NCBI GenBank assembly: GCA_016840165.1
Contig: JAEOSU010000051.1
Location: 1-64,000, forward strand
DNA length: 64,000 nt
Direction: 5' to 3'
Origin: Promethearchaeota archaeon
Lineage (GTDB): Archaea; Asgardarchaeota; Lokiarchaeia; Sigyniarchaeales; SOKP01
Position numbers and translations under genes: made by a program. The notes under the pieces are model-generated. The model was not told where the DNA came from, searched no databases, and saw only the letters and a list, made by a program, of their open reading frames with translations. Below are positions 41,108-51,185 of the stretch, piece after piece (the stretch's first letter is position 1; every line of letters starts with the position of its first letter).

Positions 41108-41791
41108 ATGGGGTCATTAATCGAGTTTTTAAAGAGAGAAGTTGCATTAAATGCTTTAGAGAAATCAATAAATCATGCAAAGATCGTTCAGTCATGTGTT
41201 GAGGAATTAGGAAAGGGCTTAACGCTTTTATTGCAAGAGAGAAAACCAGATCAAGCCCAAGAAGTATTTCATAAAGTGGATATCATCGAGAATAATGCAG
41301 ATAAATTGAGAAGAGAAATTCAAAAAGATATTAGTAGAGGAGAATTAAATCCAAGCGTTAGACAAAATCTATCCCATCTAGTAAAAAGAATGGATGATGT
41401 GGCTAATTGTTGTACGGGAGTTGCTCGAAGAATAAATACCGTACCCGAAAAATTTTGGGATCAATCCAGTAAAGAGAGCATCCAGATTGTTCTTGAGATG
41501 ATGGATAACACAGTTTCTTGTTCAAAATATTTAGATAAAATCCTTATTGATCTCCTTGAGGAAAGAGAAAATCTTAAGGAATATTCACGACAGATTAATC
41601 AATATGAACATCAAATAGATTTGCTTAATATCAAATTAAGAAAAAATCTTCAACTAACACATTATGATGTAAATCAATTTACAGTTTTCACGGTAGGAAA
41701 TGTTTTTGATATTCTCGAAGCTATTTCAGATTCAATTGAAGGTGTAGCAGATTATATAATGGTGTTGGTAACAAGTACAGAATCTATCTAA
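41108..41791 (+). CDS. DUF47 family phosphate transport regulator
   Basis: ENNADKLRREI, MDDVAN, EHQIDLL, EAISDSIEGVAD. Confidence 0.88.
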   Translation: MGSLIEFLKREVALNALEKSINHAKIVQSCVEELGKGLTLLLQERKPDQAQEVFHKVDIIENNADKLRREIQKDISRGELNPSVRQNLSHLVKRMDDVANCCTGVARRINTVPEKFWDQSSKESIQIVLEMMDNTVSCSKYLDKILIDLLEERENLKEYSRQINQYEHQIDLLNIKLRKNLQLTHYDVNQFTVFTVGNVFDILEAISDSIEGVADYIMVLVTSTESI

Positions 41792-41800
41792 ACTTCTTAA

Positions 41801-42805
41801 TTATATTAGATTATTGATAATTATTTCAGAGATATCTGACGAATATTCTCCAGTTCTCCGAATACTCTCGATAATGTAACCAATTTCAACAACAAACTCA
41901 GCGCTATTTCTTTCACTAAATTCAATTTTTTCACATTTGTAGGTTAATTTTTCAATGGATTCAATATTCTCATTTGCTAAGCTTAAACTTTTTTGTAGCC
42001 AGGCATCTAGACTCAGATTTAGCAGCTCTAAGGATAATTTACTTACCTCAGTAATGTTATTCAGTAAAATTTTATCAATTTTCTTAAAGTCAATTCTTAA
42101 GACACTCTTTGCGATTTTTACAGCATGATCTGCAATTCGTTCTAAAAATCTGCTGATTAATTGAAAATTACTCGCATCTTCTAAAGTGATATTCATTTTT
42201 TGACATAAGATAATATCTCGTAAGACGATATGAGCTTGACGTTCCACTAACCAATTCAACCTATCAATCTGATCATCTCTATTGATGACTTGCTCTGCTA
42301 AGTTCTTATTACCACTTTCTAAGGCTCTAACAGCATCCTCATGCATATTTTGTGCTAAAATATACATCCTTTTTATTGTTTTATCGAATGGCATCTCTTT
42401 TGGATCAAGTAGATCTTTTATTAAAATCGTATTACTAGTTTCTTCAATAATCTCAGGACCCATTGCGATATTTATAAAACTTTCAATGGTACTTCGCACT
42501 TGATGTTGCAATTTTTTACTAGACTTGATCTTAATAATACTATATCCCATAATATATGCTCCAATTAGTAAGCGAAATAGGAAATCTGAATTATTTATCT
42601 CATCAATATCAAATGATCTTTCTTTGATATATTGCTCAGAATATATATAGGGAGTGATCATTAAATTTCCATCAGGTTGGGGCAGTATCCCGATTGTATC
42701 TTTTGCTTGAATTCCGTGACGATCAATCCATTCTTTAGGTAGGGACACAATATAACTACTACCGCCAGTCTGCTGGACTTTTCGCGTTTCGATATTATAT
42801 GTCAT
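41801..42805 (-). CDS. archaeal phosphate uptake regulator (AbrB/SpoVT DNA-binding domain + PhoU domains)
   Basis: ETRKVQQTGGSSYIVSLPKEW, DDQIDRL, LERIADHA. Confidence 0.92.
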   Translation of the reverse strand: MTYNIETRKVQQTGGSSYIVSLPKEWIDRHGIQAKDTIGILPQPDGNLMITPYIYSEQYIKERSFDIDEINNSDFLFRLLIGAYIMGYSIIKIKSSKKLQHQVRSTIESFINIAMGPEIIEETSNTILIKDLLDPKEMPFDKTIKRMYILAQNMHEDAVRALESGNKNLAEQVINRDDQIDRLNWLVERQAHIVLRDIILCQKMNITLEDASNFQLISRFLERIADHAVKIAKSVLRIDFKKIDKILLNNITEVSKLSLELLNLSLDAWLQKSLSLANENIESIEKLTYKCEKIEFSERNSAEFVVEIGYIIESIRRTGEYSSDISEIIINNLI

Positions 42806-42853
42806 AATTATATAGAATAAAGAATATCAATATTATAAAGATTATATATATTA

Positions 42854-42882
42854 TATATATCTGACTATATAGATATATATAG
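42854..42882. promoter_or_regulatory. candidate phosphate-regulon box (TATATATCTGACTATATAGATATATATAG)
   Basis: Shares 15/16 nt with 47183-47198 and ACTATATAGAT with 46037-46047. Confidence 0.4.
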
Positions 42883-43030
42883 TTATTACCAAAACTAGTT
42901 CTTAAGCGCTCGTTCGATGTTTGATAAAATTGAAAACGTGAAGTATAAAAACATAGCGTTTAAATAATAATATAAATAAAAATTAAAATGTTTAATATTT
43001 TATCATTAACGCTAAAATGGGGTATGATAT

Positions 43031-43855
43031 ATGGGAGAAAAAAAGCGTAAGTTTAAAATATATCTCTTAGCCGCGGTTATAATTACTTTGGTATCTTATA
43101 CAGTTCTTTTTATTCTCTTCTGGGAGCTTTTAGGAGGTGTATTAGTAGCTTCAGAGATTTTATGGGTAGGTTTTGTAATAAGTCTTTCTAAGGTAATAAT
43201 ATTGGCATTGATGAGCTTTTATATCTTTCGAAGATGGTTTAAACAAGATGCCATCTTTACATCTGATGCTTACTTTTTGTTTGGTTCTTTTTTCTGGATT
43301 TTGGTATCAGGTAAGATTCTAGATATTTTCTGGAACTTAGGATTTGTCGGTGAAGTCTTGGACATGAACCTCCTATTGTTTTTATTGAAGATACGATTTG
43401 CAATTGTTATACTAACGATTGTACCTATTCTATTTGTTGCTTTAGAAGCAATTTTAACCTTTGTTAACCTCTATAAGAAAAAAGAAATGAATAAGCAACA
43501 ATTCAGCAAGATACGAAAGAGAATAATTATCATTTATGTTATTATAATTGCTATTCTCATAGTAATAGCACCAAGTGTACCTTTCATGAACATAATGCTT
43601 CCGTTTGTGTCGTTTCCAATGTTTCTCTTTATTGCGATTATGTTTCTCTATATGTATAAGAACAAGTATCTTTCTCAAGCACATGGTTTAATAATCGGTG
43701 TTTCATTTCTACTTCTTATCATTGCAAGTATTATTCGTTCAATCTTATCACTTTCATTTGAGGCATTGCCAGTAATACTAGCTGAGTTTATAGATATTGG
43801 TGTATATATACTAATGTTCATTGGGTTCATAACTAAACCAAGATATGCTAAATAA
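43031..43855 (+). CDS. hypothetical polytopic (7-8 TM) membrane protein
   Basis: Regularly spaced hydrophobic helices; no recognised motif. Confidence 0.75.
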   Translation: MGEKKRKFKIYLLAAVIITLVSYTVLFILFWELLGGVLVASEILWVGFVISLSKVIILALMSFYIFRRWFKQDAIFTSDAYFLFGSFFWILVSGKILDIFWNLGFVGEVLDMNLLLFLLKIRFAIVILTIVPILFVALEAILTFVNLYKKKEMNKQQFSKIRKRIIIIYVIIIAILIVIAPSVPFMNIMLPFVSFPMFLFIAIMFLYMYKNKYLSQAHGLIIGVSFLLLIIASIIRSILSLSFEALPVILAEFIDIGVYILMFIGFITKPRYAK

Positions 43856-43952
43856 TAGTTTTTTCAATTTCTTATTTTTTCTAAAAATTCGTGTAGATTA
43901 AATTGATTTTTTTTAAATTAATTTAAACTAGAGCAAAAAAGTTCTTCATACC

Positions 43953-45251
43953 ATGATCTGGATAACTATAGTTCTAAGTTCATCTCTATCTGTCGGATTT
44001 TTTTACCTATTAGATCTCTATTTAAAGAAAAGAGGATCTTCACTTAAGAAAATTTTAAAAGCTCAATTTAGATTCTCTAAGAGGCTTATTCGAACTAAAA
44101 GGATATTAAGTTTCTTCGGAATTTATCTTATATTAGGAGGAATGGTCTTCACATTTTACAATATAAGTAATCGTATAGCTTTTAATCGTGTTTATTCTGG
44201 ATATTCGGAATGGCGAGATAGTAATGGTGAGTTATATCTTTATATTGAAGCGGATGATTACTATGATTTGGGATATCAAACGGGCAAAGGATTGGCAATG
44301 AATATTGCTCTCATGAAATATGAGTTAATGATATCGTCTCTGATGTTTGGAATTGATTATTTTTCAATGATAAACTTGGCTAAGCAATATTTAGAGTATA
44401 TACCAGATAATTATCTCCTTGAATTATATGGAATGAGCGAAGGAGCTACAGCGGGGAGTGGTTTTTATCTTTCTTTTGAAGACATTTTAGTTCAATCCGT
44501 ATTTCTTGAGGTTATTTACGGTCGTGTACTTCCTGAAAAGACTATATCATTTGGGTGTACCGCATTTGGAACAGTTAACAGCAATAATAAATCTTTAATT
44601 GGTCAAAATATTGATCTTGTAAAACCGATGGGAGCATGTGGAGCGTTCGTATTAGAAAAATTTCAAGATCATCCCCTAACCTTTACCTATCGCATAGGTG
44701 CTTGTACTTTGCCTATGGGGAAAAATGAGTATGATATTGTTGTGAATATGAATTTGGTCCAATTAAATATTCAATCTGAACTAACTACTCCTTTTTTTAT
44801 ATTAGCGAGAGAAGCATTTTCTCAATCCAATACCATTGAACAATGTTATGATCGAATTTTCCAAAATCATTCACTTCCTTACGGATGTAACATTCTTATT
44901 GCTCAGAATAACAGTTTATTTGCAGTTCAATGCTTACCTGATGAGTTTAATTTATTATATCCTAATTCTTCAATAGTCCAATCTAATACGTATCTGAATG
45001 AAACTTGGCAAGATAAATTGGCAGATCCTAATTATTCTAAAGCAAGGCAAGAATATGCAGAAACTATACTTCTCTCTGCTTTTGGAGATAATAATTTAAC
45101 CAATTCCGAATTGATTTCGATTTTAGGGAATAAACCTATTATCTGTCGAGATGAAGGAGGTCTAACTGGTGATGGCACTGTAGCTTTCTTGACCTCTCTA
45201 TATTTTGGAATAGGAACGGTTTATGATAATATTGGAATTATCCCCATCTAA
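43953..45251 (+). CDS. peptidase C45 / Ntn-hydrolase family protein, membrane anchored
   Basis: YDLGYQTG, ELYGMSEG, GCTAFG autoprocessing Cys, GQNID; two N-terminal TM helices. Confidence 0.8.
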   Translation: MIWITIVLSSSLSVGFFYLLDLYLKKRGSSLKKILKAQFRFSKRLIRTKRILSFFGIYLILGGMVFTFYNISNRIAFNRVYSGYSEWRDSNGELYLYIEADDYYDLGYQTGKGLAMNIALMKYELMISSLMFGIDYFSMINLAKQYLEYIPDNYLLELYGMSEGATAGSGFYLSFEDILVQSVFLEVIYGRVLPEKTISFGCTAFGTVNSNNKSLIGQNIDLVKPMGACGAFVLEKFQDHPLTFTYRIGACTLPMGKNEYDIVVNMNLVQLNIQSELTTPFFILAREAFSQSNTIEQCYDRIFQNHSLPYGCNILIAQNNSLFAVQCLPDEFNLLYPNSSIVQSNTYLNETWQDKLADPNYSKARQEYAETILLSAFGDNNLTNSELISILGNKPIICRDEGGLTGDGTVAFLTSLYFGIGTVYDNIGIIPI

Positions 45252-45383
45252 TTTTAATTCTCTTTATGATGTCTATAATGTTGAAATTAGACATTTTTCT
45301 TTTTTAAATCGCTGAAAATTTTATATTCGATAGCTCTCTATTATGATATACTCAACCCAAATCTTTAACTTAATTAAATATAA

Positions 45384-45902
45384 ATGAAACAAATCGCTCT
45401 TAAATTTCTGGTTTTAGGTGATGGTGGAGTTGGAAAGACAACACTCCTTCACAGGTATGTAAAGGGTAAGTTTCTAAATACAGCAACTATGACTATTGGA
45501 GTTGAATTTCTCTCAAAACAAATTCAGATGAATGGAATTATATGTCAGCTAATCTTATGGGATATCTCGGGTCAAGATCGCTTTCGTTTTATGATTGACA
45601 AATATATGAGAGGTGCAAGTGGAGCTCTTTTACTCTTTGATACTACTAACATGACATCATTCGTGAATATTGGTAAATGGGTAAATCTTGTAAGAAAATA
45701 TTACCAAAACTTACCGATTCTATTAATCGCAGCAAAATGCGATCTTGAAGAGTTTTCAATTGTAGGAGATATTTATGCGAAAAAGACAAAAGAGCGTTTT
45801 GGGATGGTTGACTTTATTAAGACATCATCGAAGTCAGGCATGAATGTGAAATTAGCATTTGAGACCTTAGCAAATTATATAGTTCAGCTAAAAAAAATAT
45901 GA
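45384..45902 (+). CDS. Rab-like small GTPase
   Basis: G1 GDGGVGKT, G2 TIGVEF, G3 WDISGQDRF, G4 AKCD, G5 TSSK; no prenylation tail. Confidence 0.93.
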   Translation: MKQIALKFLVLGDGGVGKTTLLHRYVKGKFLNTATMTIGVEFLSKQIQMNGIICQLILWDISGQDRFRFMIDKYMRGASGALLLFDTTNMTSFVNIGKWVNLVRKYYQNLPILLIAAKCDLEEFSIVGDIYAKKTKERFGMVDFIKTSSKSGMNVKLAFETLANYIVQLKKI

Positions 45903-46036
45903 TCCCTAATACCGATATATGAAATAATATCAATTGTCTTTAGTTCTAATATATATAAACCATGTAAAATGTATCTCATTTTTTTCCAATGAGTATTAAT
46001 AAGGTAATATTTCTCTAAAAGACCTTAAAAATCAAA

Positions 46037-46047
46037 ACTATATAGAT
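46037..46047. promoter_or_regulatory. candidate phosphate box ACTATATAGAT upstream of pstS
   Basis: Identical to 42864-42874. Confidence 0.3.
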
Positions 46048-46154
46048 CATATACTCTCAATATTAACCAATAATCTATATCGAGATGGCTTTTATTTCCT
46101 TAATTCCACTTCAAAATAACCTAATTTAAAAATTAACCCAAAATCAATTGATAA

Positions 46155-47066
46155 GTGAAAATTAATATGCAAAAAAATGCTTTAGCTGTTTTAATGGTAA
46201 TAATCGGTCTTATTGGGGGTACTTTTATCGGTTGGGGAATCACTGCAACCTTAACTCCTGGCGGAGTGCAATTTGTTACTATTGAAATTACAGGATCAAC
46301 CACTTGTGAGCCAGTTATTACAACCTGTTCAGAGATTTTCATGGCTATTAATCCTAACGTAGATATCTCCGTAACTGGTACTGGTTCAGGCTCTGGTATT
46401 GCTGATACAATAAGTAGTCTAAATGATATTGGTATGTCTTCTAGAAATATCAAACCTGATGAGAATATTACTGCAGGTGGTACATTAGTAGATTACCAAT
46501 TCGCTAAAGATGGTATTGCCGTCATTATCGACGCGGATCATCCAGATGCTGCGTGGTTAGAATCAAATGGTCTAACTATGGACGAAGTATTCTCAATATT
46601 TAATGGTACATATAGTCATTGGAGCAACATATCAGGATCATTATCTGAAGAAACAATTGACTGTTATACTCGACCAGACGGTTCTGGAACAAGAGCTACG
46701 TTTGAAGAGTTGGTTATTTCCTTCGGAGAGGAACTTGGAGATAATGCAGGATATCAAGCTTCAGTTACTGGATATACTCAAGTGGCTTCTAATTCATTGA
46801 TTGTCCAAGGAGTAGCTGGTAATAACTACGGATTCGGATATTGTGGTCTTGGTTACGTCGATGCATCCGTCACTGCTGTTAAAATTAATAATGTAACTCC
46901 ATCAGTAGCTACAATATTAGACGATTCTTATCCAATCTCTCGATCCCTACATCTTTTAACTAATGGACCTGCAACCGGATGGATACAAGCCTTTTTAGAC
47001 TTTATTTATGGTCCTTATGGACAAGAAGTTGTAGCTAATGAGGGATTTATCCGTCTTTGGTTCTAA
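46155..47066 (+). CDS. pstS: phosphate ABC transporter substrate-binding protein
   Basis: GSTT, GTGSGSG, DIGMSSR, RPDGSGTR, YPISRSL; N-terminal TM anchor. Confidence 0.94.
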   Translation: MKINMQKNALAVLMVIIGLIGGTFIGWGITATLTPGGVQFVTIEITGSTTCEPVITTCSEIFMAINPNVDISVTGTGSGSGIADTISSLNDIGMSSRNIKPDENITAGGTLVDYQFAKDGIAVIIDADHPDAAWLESNGLTMDEVFSIFNGTYSHWSNISGSLSEETIDCYTRPDGSGTRATFEELVISFGEELGDNAGYQASVTGYTQVASNSLIVQGVAGNNYGFGYCGLGYVDASVTAVKINNVTPSVATILDDSYPISRSLHLLTNGPATGWIQAFLDFIYGPYGQEVVANEGFIRLWF

Positions 47067-47182
47067 ATAAAATAAATTTCATTTAAATAAAAATTAAGTT
47101 ATCATTTTTTTATCTTCTTTAATTTGTGGAAATCTCTTATTTTTATATGAATTTGAGAATGAAATATATAGATTATATAGGG

Positions 47183-47198
47183 TATATATTTGACTATA
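47183..47198. promoter_or_regulatory. candidate phosphate box TATATATTTGACTATA upstream of pstC-A
   Basis: 15/16 match to 42854-42869, inside the 272-bp pstS-pstC gap. Confidence 0.4.
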
Positions 47199-47338
47199 AT
47201 ATATGGTGATTATGAATTTAATCAATATAATGTTATTTTTCCTATAAAGAGTAAAATTATACAATTAATCACTTATTATCATAATCAATTTTATCTTAAT
47301 TGATTATAAATAAATTGGTTTGAGTCATTGAAAGAATT

Positions 47339-49456
47339 ATGGCCACAGAAACTGTTTTTGAGGAAGAAGTTCTTTTCCAAGATGACGATTTTTCTTATTT
47401 AAAGAAAAACCGGGATCCCTTGATTAAATGGATCTTGTTTGCTTTTGCCTCAGTAGCAACTGTATTTGTGTTTTTAATTATTATCTTTTTATTTGTTAAC
47501 GGAGCTCCATTTTTTGTACAAGTCCCATTACAGGACTTTTTTTTTGGTACTAATTGGCTTCCCTCAGCAGGAGATTTTGGTGCCTTACCAATTATTATTG
47601 ATACACTATTGGTAACTTTAGGAGCGATTGTTATTGCGTTACCATTGGGTATCCTTACTGCAATATTTATTGCGGAGTTAGCACCTCCTTTATTGAGGCA
47701 AATACTTAAATTCACTGTAGAAATACTCGCAGGTATTCCATCAATAGTATATGGCTTCTTTGGGGTGGCAATTCTGAATACTTGGATAAAGGATATATTT
47801 GGGATGCATGATGGAAGAAGTTGGCTTTCTGGTTCTCTTATACTAGCTATAATGGCATTACCTACCATTGTATCAGTATGTGAAGACGCAATTCGAGCAG
47901 TTCCCGATTATTATCGAGATGCATCTTATGCAATGGGAGCAACAAAATGGCAAACCATCCGTAAGGTGGTAATACCCGCTGGAATGTCAGGGATAACAGC
48001 TGCGATGATTCTAGGAATTGGGCGAGCCTTAGGTGAGACTATGGCAATGACATTAGTAATTGGCAATAGTTATCGCTTACCCGACCCGCTAACAAATATG
48101 TTGAGTCAAGTAACGGTAATAACTTCAACTATTGCTACAAATTGGGGGCCAACTGTAGAAGGTAGTATTGAGCAAAAAAGTCTCTTAGCACTTGGAATTG
48201 TACTATTTATCATGGCTTTACTCGTAAATACGCTTTCAAATATTATTATGACTAGGGTTAAAAGAAAATTTACTGGTCAAAAACCAAAAGAAAAATTTTT
48301 AAAATTAAAAAATTCGAACTATTATAAATTATACAAGCAGTATAGACAATGGATAATTACTGCTCTTGTTATAATATTAGTAATATTAGTCTTACCTGAT
48401 TTTAATTCTCAAATTTTCGGAGCTTTATTAATTTCTGGATTAAGTGTTTTATATTATATCTATAAAAAAGTACCAAAACAACATAAAAGACTTGTGATCT
48501 ATTCTGTCTTGCTTTCATTCTTTGGATGGATACTTAGTACGTGGATAGGAATATTTTTAGCTATATCTATGTGCTTAATAATTTTTGCCTCCTTAATTCT
48601 CCTTAAGCGTATTTCTACCGTGATTCAACAGCGAATATGGTTTGTCATCATCTATTCAAGTTCTGCATTTGCTGTTTTCGCAGTAGGTCTTTTAATATAC
48701 TATATTGTAGTGACAGGAGCACCTGTATTTCTTGAGCCTGGCTTTCTTACGGGCGTGCCAAGTAATAGTGGAAGAGAAGGGGGAATTTTCCCAGCAATCA
48801 TTGGAACTTTACAACTCACAATAGGTTCAATATTATTTGCACTCCCTCTAGGCATGTTTGCAGGGATATATCTTTCTGAGTATGCGAGGGATAGCAAAAT
48901 AACTAAATTTTTTCGAGCTGGTATAGATAATCTAAATGGTACGCCTTCAATTGTTTTTGGCTTATTTGGAGTAATGTTTTTTCTTTTATTTATTGGCTTG
49001 CCAAGATCCTTGTTAGTCGGAATTTTAACCTTAGGGTTAATGATCCTTCCTACAATCATAAGAACTACTGAAGAAGCTGTTAAAGCAATTCCTCAATCTT
49101 TTCGAGAAGGAAGTTTAGCATTAGGTTCAAGTAAATTTCAAGGAATTCTTAAAATAGTGGTACCCGCAGCTATACCCGGAATAGTGACAGGGGCTGTTTT
49201 AGGGATGGGTCGAAGTGCAGGAGAAACAGCACCAATAATGTTTACAGCAGTAAGATCCCACTCTTCCTATATATCATTCTCGTTATTAAATCCCGTTATG
49301 ACACTCACTTATCACTTATTTCGATTAAGTGGTGAAGTCACAGGAGGACTTGAACGAGCTGCTGGAACGGCTTTGACTCTATTGTTATTAGTTTTAGTTT
49401 TGTATAGTTTTGCATTTATTATTCGTATTAGATATGAAAAAAGAAAACAATGGTGA
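47339..49456 (+). CDS. pstA: fused phosphate ABC permease PstC-PstA
   Basis: Two permease modules ([10 protein letters not shown]...RALGETMA and [10 protein letters not shown]...RSAGETAP) in one 705-aa frame. Confidence 0.92.
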   Translation: MATETVFEEEVLFQDDDFSYLKKNRDPLIKWILFAFASVATVFVFLIIIFLFVNGAPFFVQVPLQDFFFGTNWLPSAGDFGALPIIIDTLLVTLGAIVIALPLGILTAIFIAELAPPLLRQILKFTVEILAGIPSIVYGFFGVAILNTWIKDIFGMHDGRSWLSGSLILAIMALPTIVSVCEDAIRAVPDYYRDASYAMGATKWQTIRKVVIPAGMSGITAAMILGIGRALGETMAMTLVIGNSYRLPDPLTNMLSQVTVITSTIATNWGPTVEGSIEQKSLLALGIVLFIMALLVNTLSNIIMTRVKRKFTGQKPKEKFLKLKNSNYYKLYKQYRQWIITALVIILVILVLPDFNSQIFGALLISGLSVLYYIYKKVPKQHKRLVIYSVLLSFFGWILSTWIGIFLAISMCLIIFASLILLKRISTVIQQRIWFVIIYSSSAFAVFAVGLLIYYIVVTGAPVFLEPGFLTGVPSNSGREGGIFPAIIGTLQLTIGSILFALPLGMFAGIYLSEYARDSKITKFFRAGIDNLNGTPSIVFGLFGVMFFLLFIGLPRSLLVGILTLGLMILPTIIRTTEEAVKAIPQSFREGSLALGSSKFQGILKIVVPAAIPGIVTGAVLGMGRSAGETAPIMFTAVRSHSSYISFSLLNPVMTLTYHLFRLSGEVTGGLERAAGTALTLLLLVLVLYSFAFIIRIRYEKRKQW

Positions 49457-50286
49457 AAAATTTGCTTATAAAAATTAAAAGTAAATATAAACAAGAATTT
49501 GAAAATAACGAATATCTGAAGGAGTATAATAATGAATTTGTAATCGAATGTCGCGACTTAAATCTTTGGTACGACGAATTTCAGGCATTAAAAAACATTA
49601 ACATGAAATATCGTAAGAATAAAGTAACAGCGATAATTGGCCCCTCAGGATGTGGTAAGAGCACCCTTCTTCGATGCTTCAATCGAATGAACGATGTGAT
49701 TGAAGATTGCAGAATTGAAGGTCAGGTATTGTTTAATGGGAAGAATCTTTATGACAGCAATGCAGATATTCGATTGAATCGTAAGAAAATTGGGATGATT
49801 TTTCAAAAACCGAATCCATTTCCAATGTCCATCTATGATAATATCACATATGGTCCTAAGATCCATAAAATTATAGAAGATGATGTACTAGAAAAAATAA
49901 CTGAGAGGTGTCTTAAACGAGCTGTTTTATGGGATGAGGTGATGGACAGACTGGATGATTCTGCAATGGGTTTATCAGGAGGTCAGCAACAACGATTATG
50001 TATCGCCAGAGCGCTCGCAGTGGAGCCAGAATTGTTACTAATGGATGAGCCAACAGCTTCACTTGATCCAATCGCGACACAGAAAATTGAGGATTTAATA
50101 CTTCAATTAAAAGAAGAATGGACAGTTATTATTGTCACCCATAATATGCAACAAGCAGCACGGATTTCAGATTATACAGCCTTTATGTATCTTGGTCAGA
50201 TGATTGAATATGGCGAAACTACTCAAATATTTGAAAATCCTCAAGAAAAGTTAACAGAAAATTATATAACAGGAAGATTTGGTTAG
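49450..50286 (+). CDS. pstB: phosphate ABC transporter ATP-binding protein
   Basis: [54 protein letters not shown]. Confidence 0.97.
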   Translation: MVKNLLIKIKSKYKQEFENNEYLKEYNNEFVIECRDLNLWYDEFQALKNINMKYRKNKVTAIIGPSGCGKSTLLRCFNRMNDVIEDCRIEGQVLFNGKNLYDSNADIRLNRKKIGMIFQKPNPFPMSIYDNITYGPKIHKIIEDDVLEKITERCLKRAVLWDEVMDRLDDSAMGLSGGQQQRLCIARALAVEPELLLMDEPTASLDPIATQKIEDLILQLKEEWTVIIVTHNMQQAARISDYTAFMYLGQMIEYGETTQIFENPQEKLTENYITGRFG

Positions 50287-50949
50287 GTGGATATTATGAC
50301 AACAGAAATGCATAAAGAATTAATTACACTTAAAAATGAAGTTTCTAAAATGGGGCATTTTGCGTTAAATATGCTAAGTGATTCGATTGAATCCCTTTAT
50401 TATCAAGATATACGACTTGCTTCCGACGTATTAAGTAAAAAGGATATGATTAGAGATTATGATAACCAAATAGAAGAGAAAACACTTAAACTCATCATGC
50501 TCTACCAACCAATGGCTATCGATCTTAGGAGTCTTGCTGCTATTCTAAAAATAATTACTTATTTGCATAGAATTGGAAGATATGGTAAAGATATTGCCGA
50601 TGTAGTAAAAAAACATTTGTCTGATAAACAGGTTGCTCTCAACCTCGTGAATTTACGACACATTTATGAGCATGTTCAGATTATGATTAGCGATGCGCTT
50701 TTAGCATTCGAAAAAATGGATATTTCCTTAATTAAAGATTTTAAAGCAAGAGATGACGAGGTAGATAAACTAAGATGGTCTATTTTTCGCGAGTGTCTTA
50801 CTTATATGATTGAAGATCCAAAATATATAACGGAATGTGCCCATTACATGATGTTTGCCCGTTACCTTGAGAGGTGCGGTGACCATGCCTGTAAAATAGC
50901 TGAAAAAATATATTATATGGTTACTGGCAACCACATTGAAATCAGTTAA
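50287..50949 (+). CDS. phoU: phosphate signalling protein PhoU
   Basis: QPMAIDLR, DDEVDKL, LERCGDHA..IAE. Confidence 0.94.
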   Translation: MDIMTTEMHKELITLKNEVSKMGHFALNMLSDSIESLYYQDIRLASDVLSKKDMIRDYDNQIEEKTLKLIMLYQPMAIDLRSLAAILKIITYLHRIGRYGKDIADVVKKHLSDKQVALNLVNLRHIYEHVQIMISDALLAFEKMDISLIKDFKARDDEVDKLRWSIFRECLTYMIEDPKYITECAHYMMFARYLERCGDHACKIAEKIYYMVTGNHIEIS

Positions 50950-51082
50950 CTATATATTTTTGCTTTTTGCGTAATTCTATTGTAGAGGTTTTTTAAATGA
51001 TGTTATTTGGTATAACTTCAGTTTAAGTGTTGATATAATCATAGATTTCATATATATGAACTTAAAATAGATCTCCCGAAAC

Positions 51083-51103
51083 ATTATAGATTCCATCTAT
51101 AAT
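51083..51103. promoter_or_regulatory. inverted repeat ATTATAGAT-N3-ATCTATAAT, candidate operator
   Basis: Perfect 9-bp arms next to a TTTAAAA box upstream of the ABC exporter genes. Confidence 0.35.
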
Positions 51104-51185
51104 TTAAAAATATAAAATTTAATTGGAATTCATAACATTTTAGCTTATTTAAGAACTAATTATAATTATTGATTTTAAATTTAAA

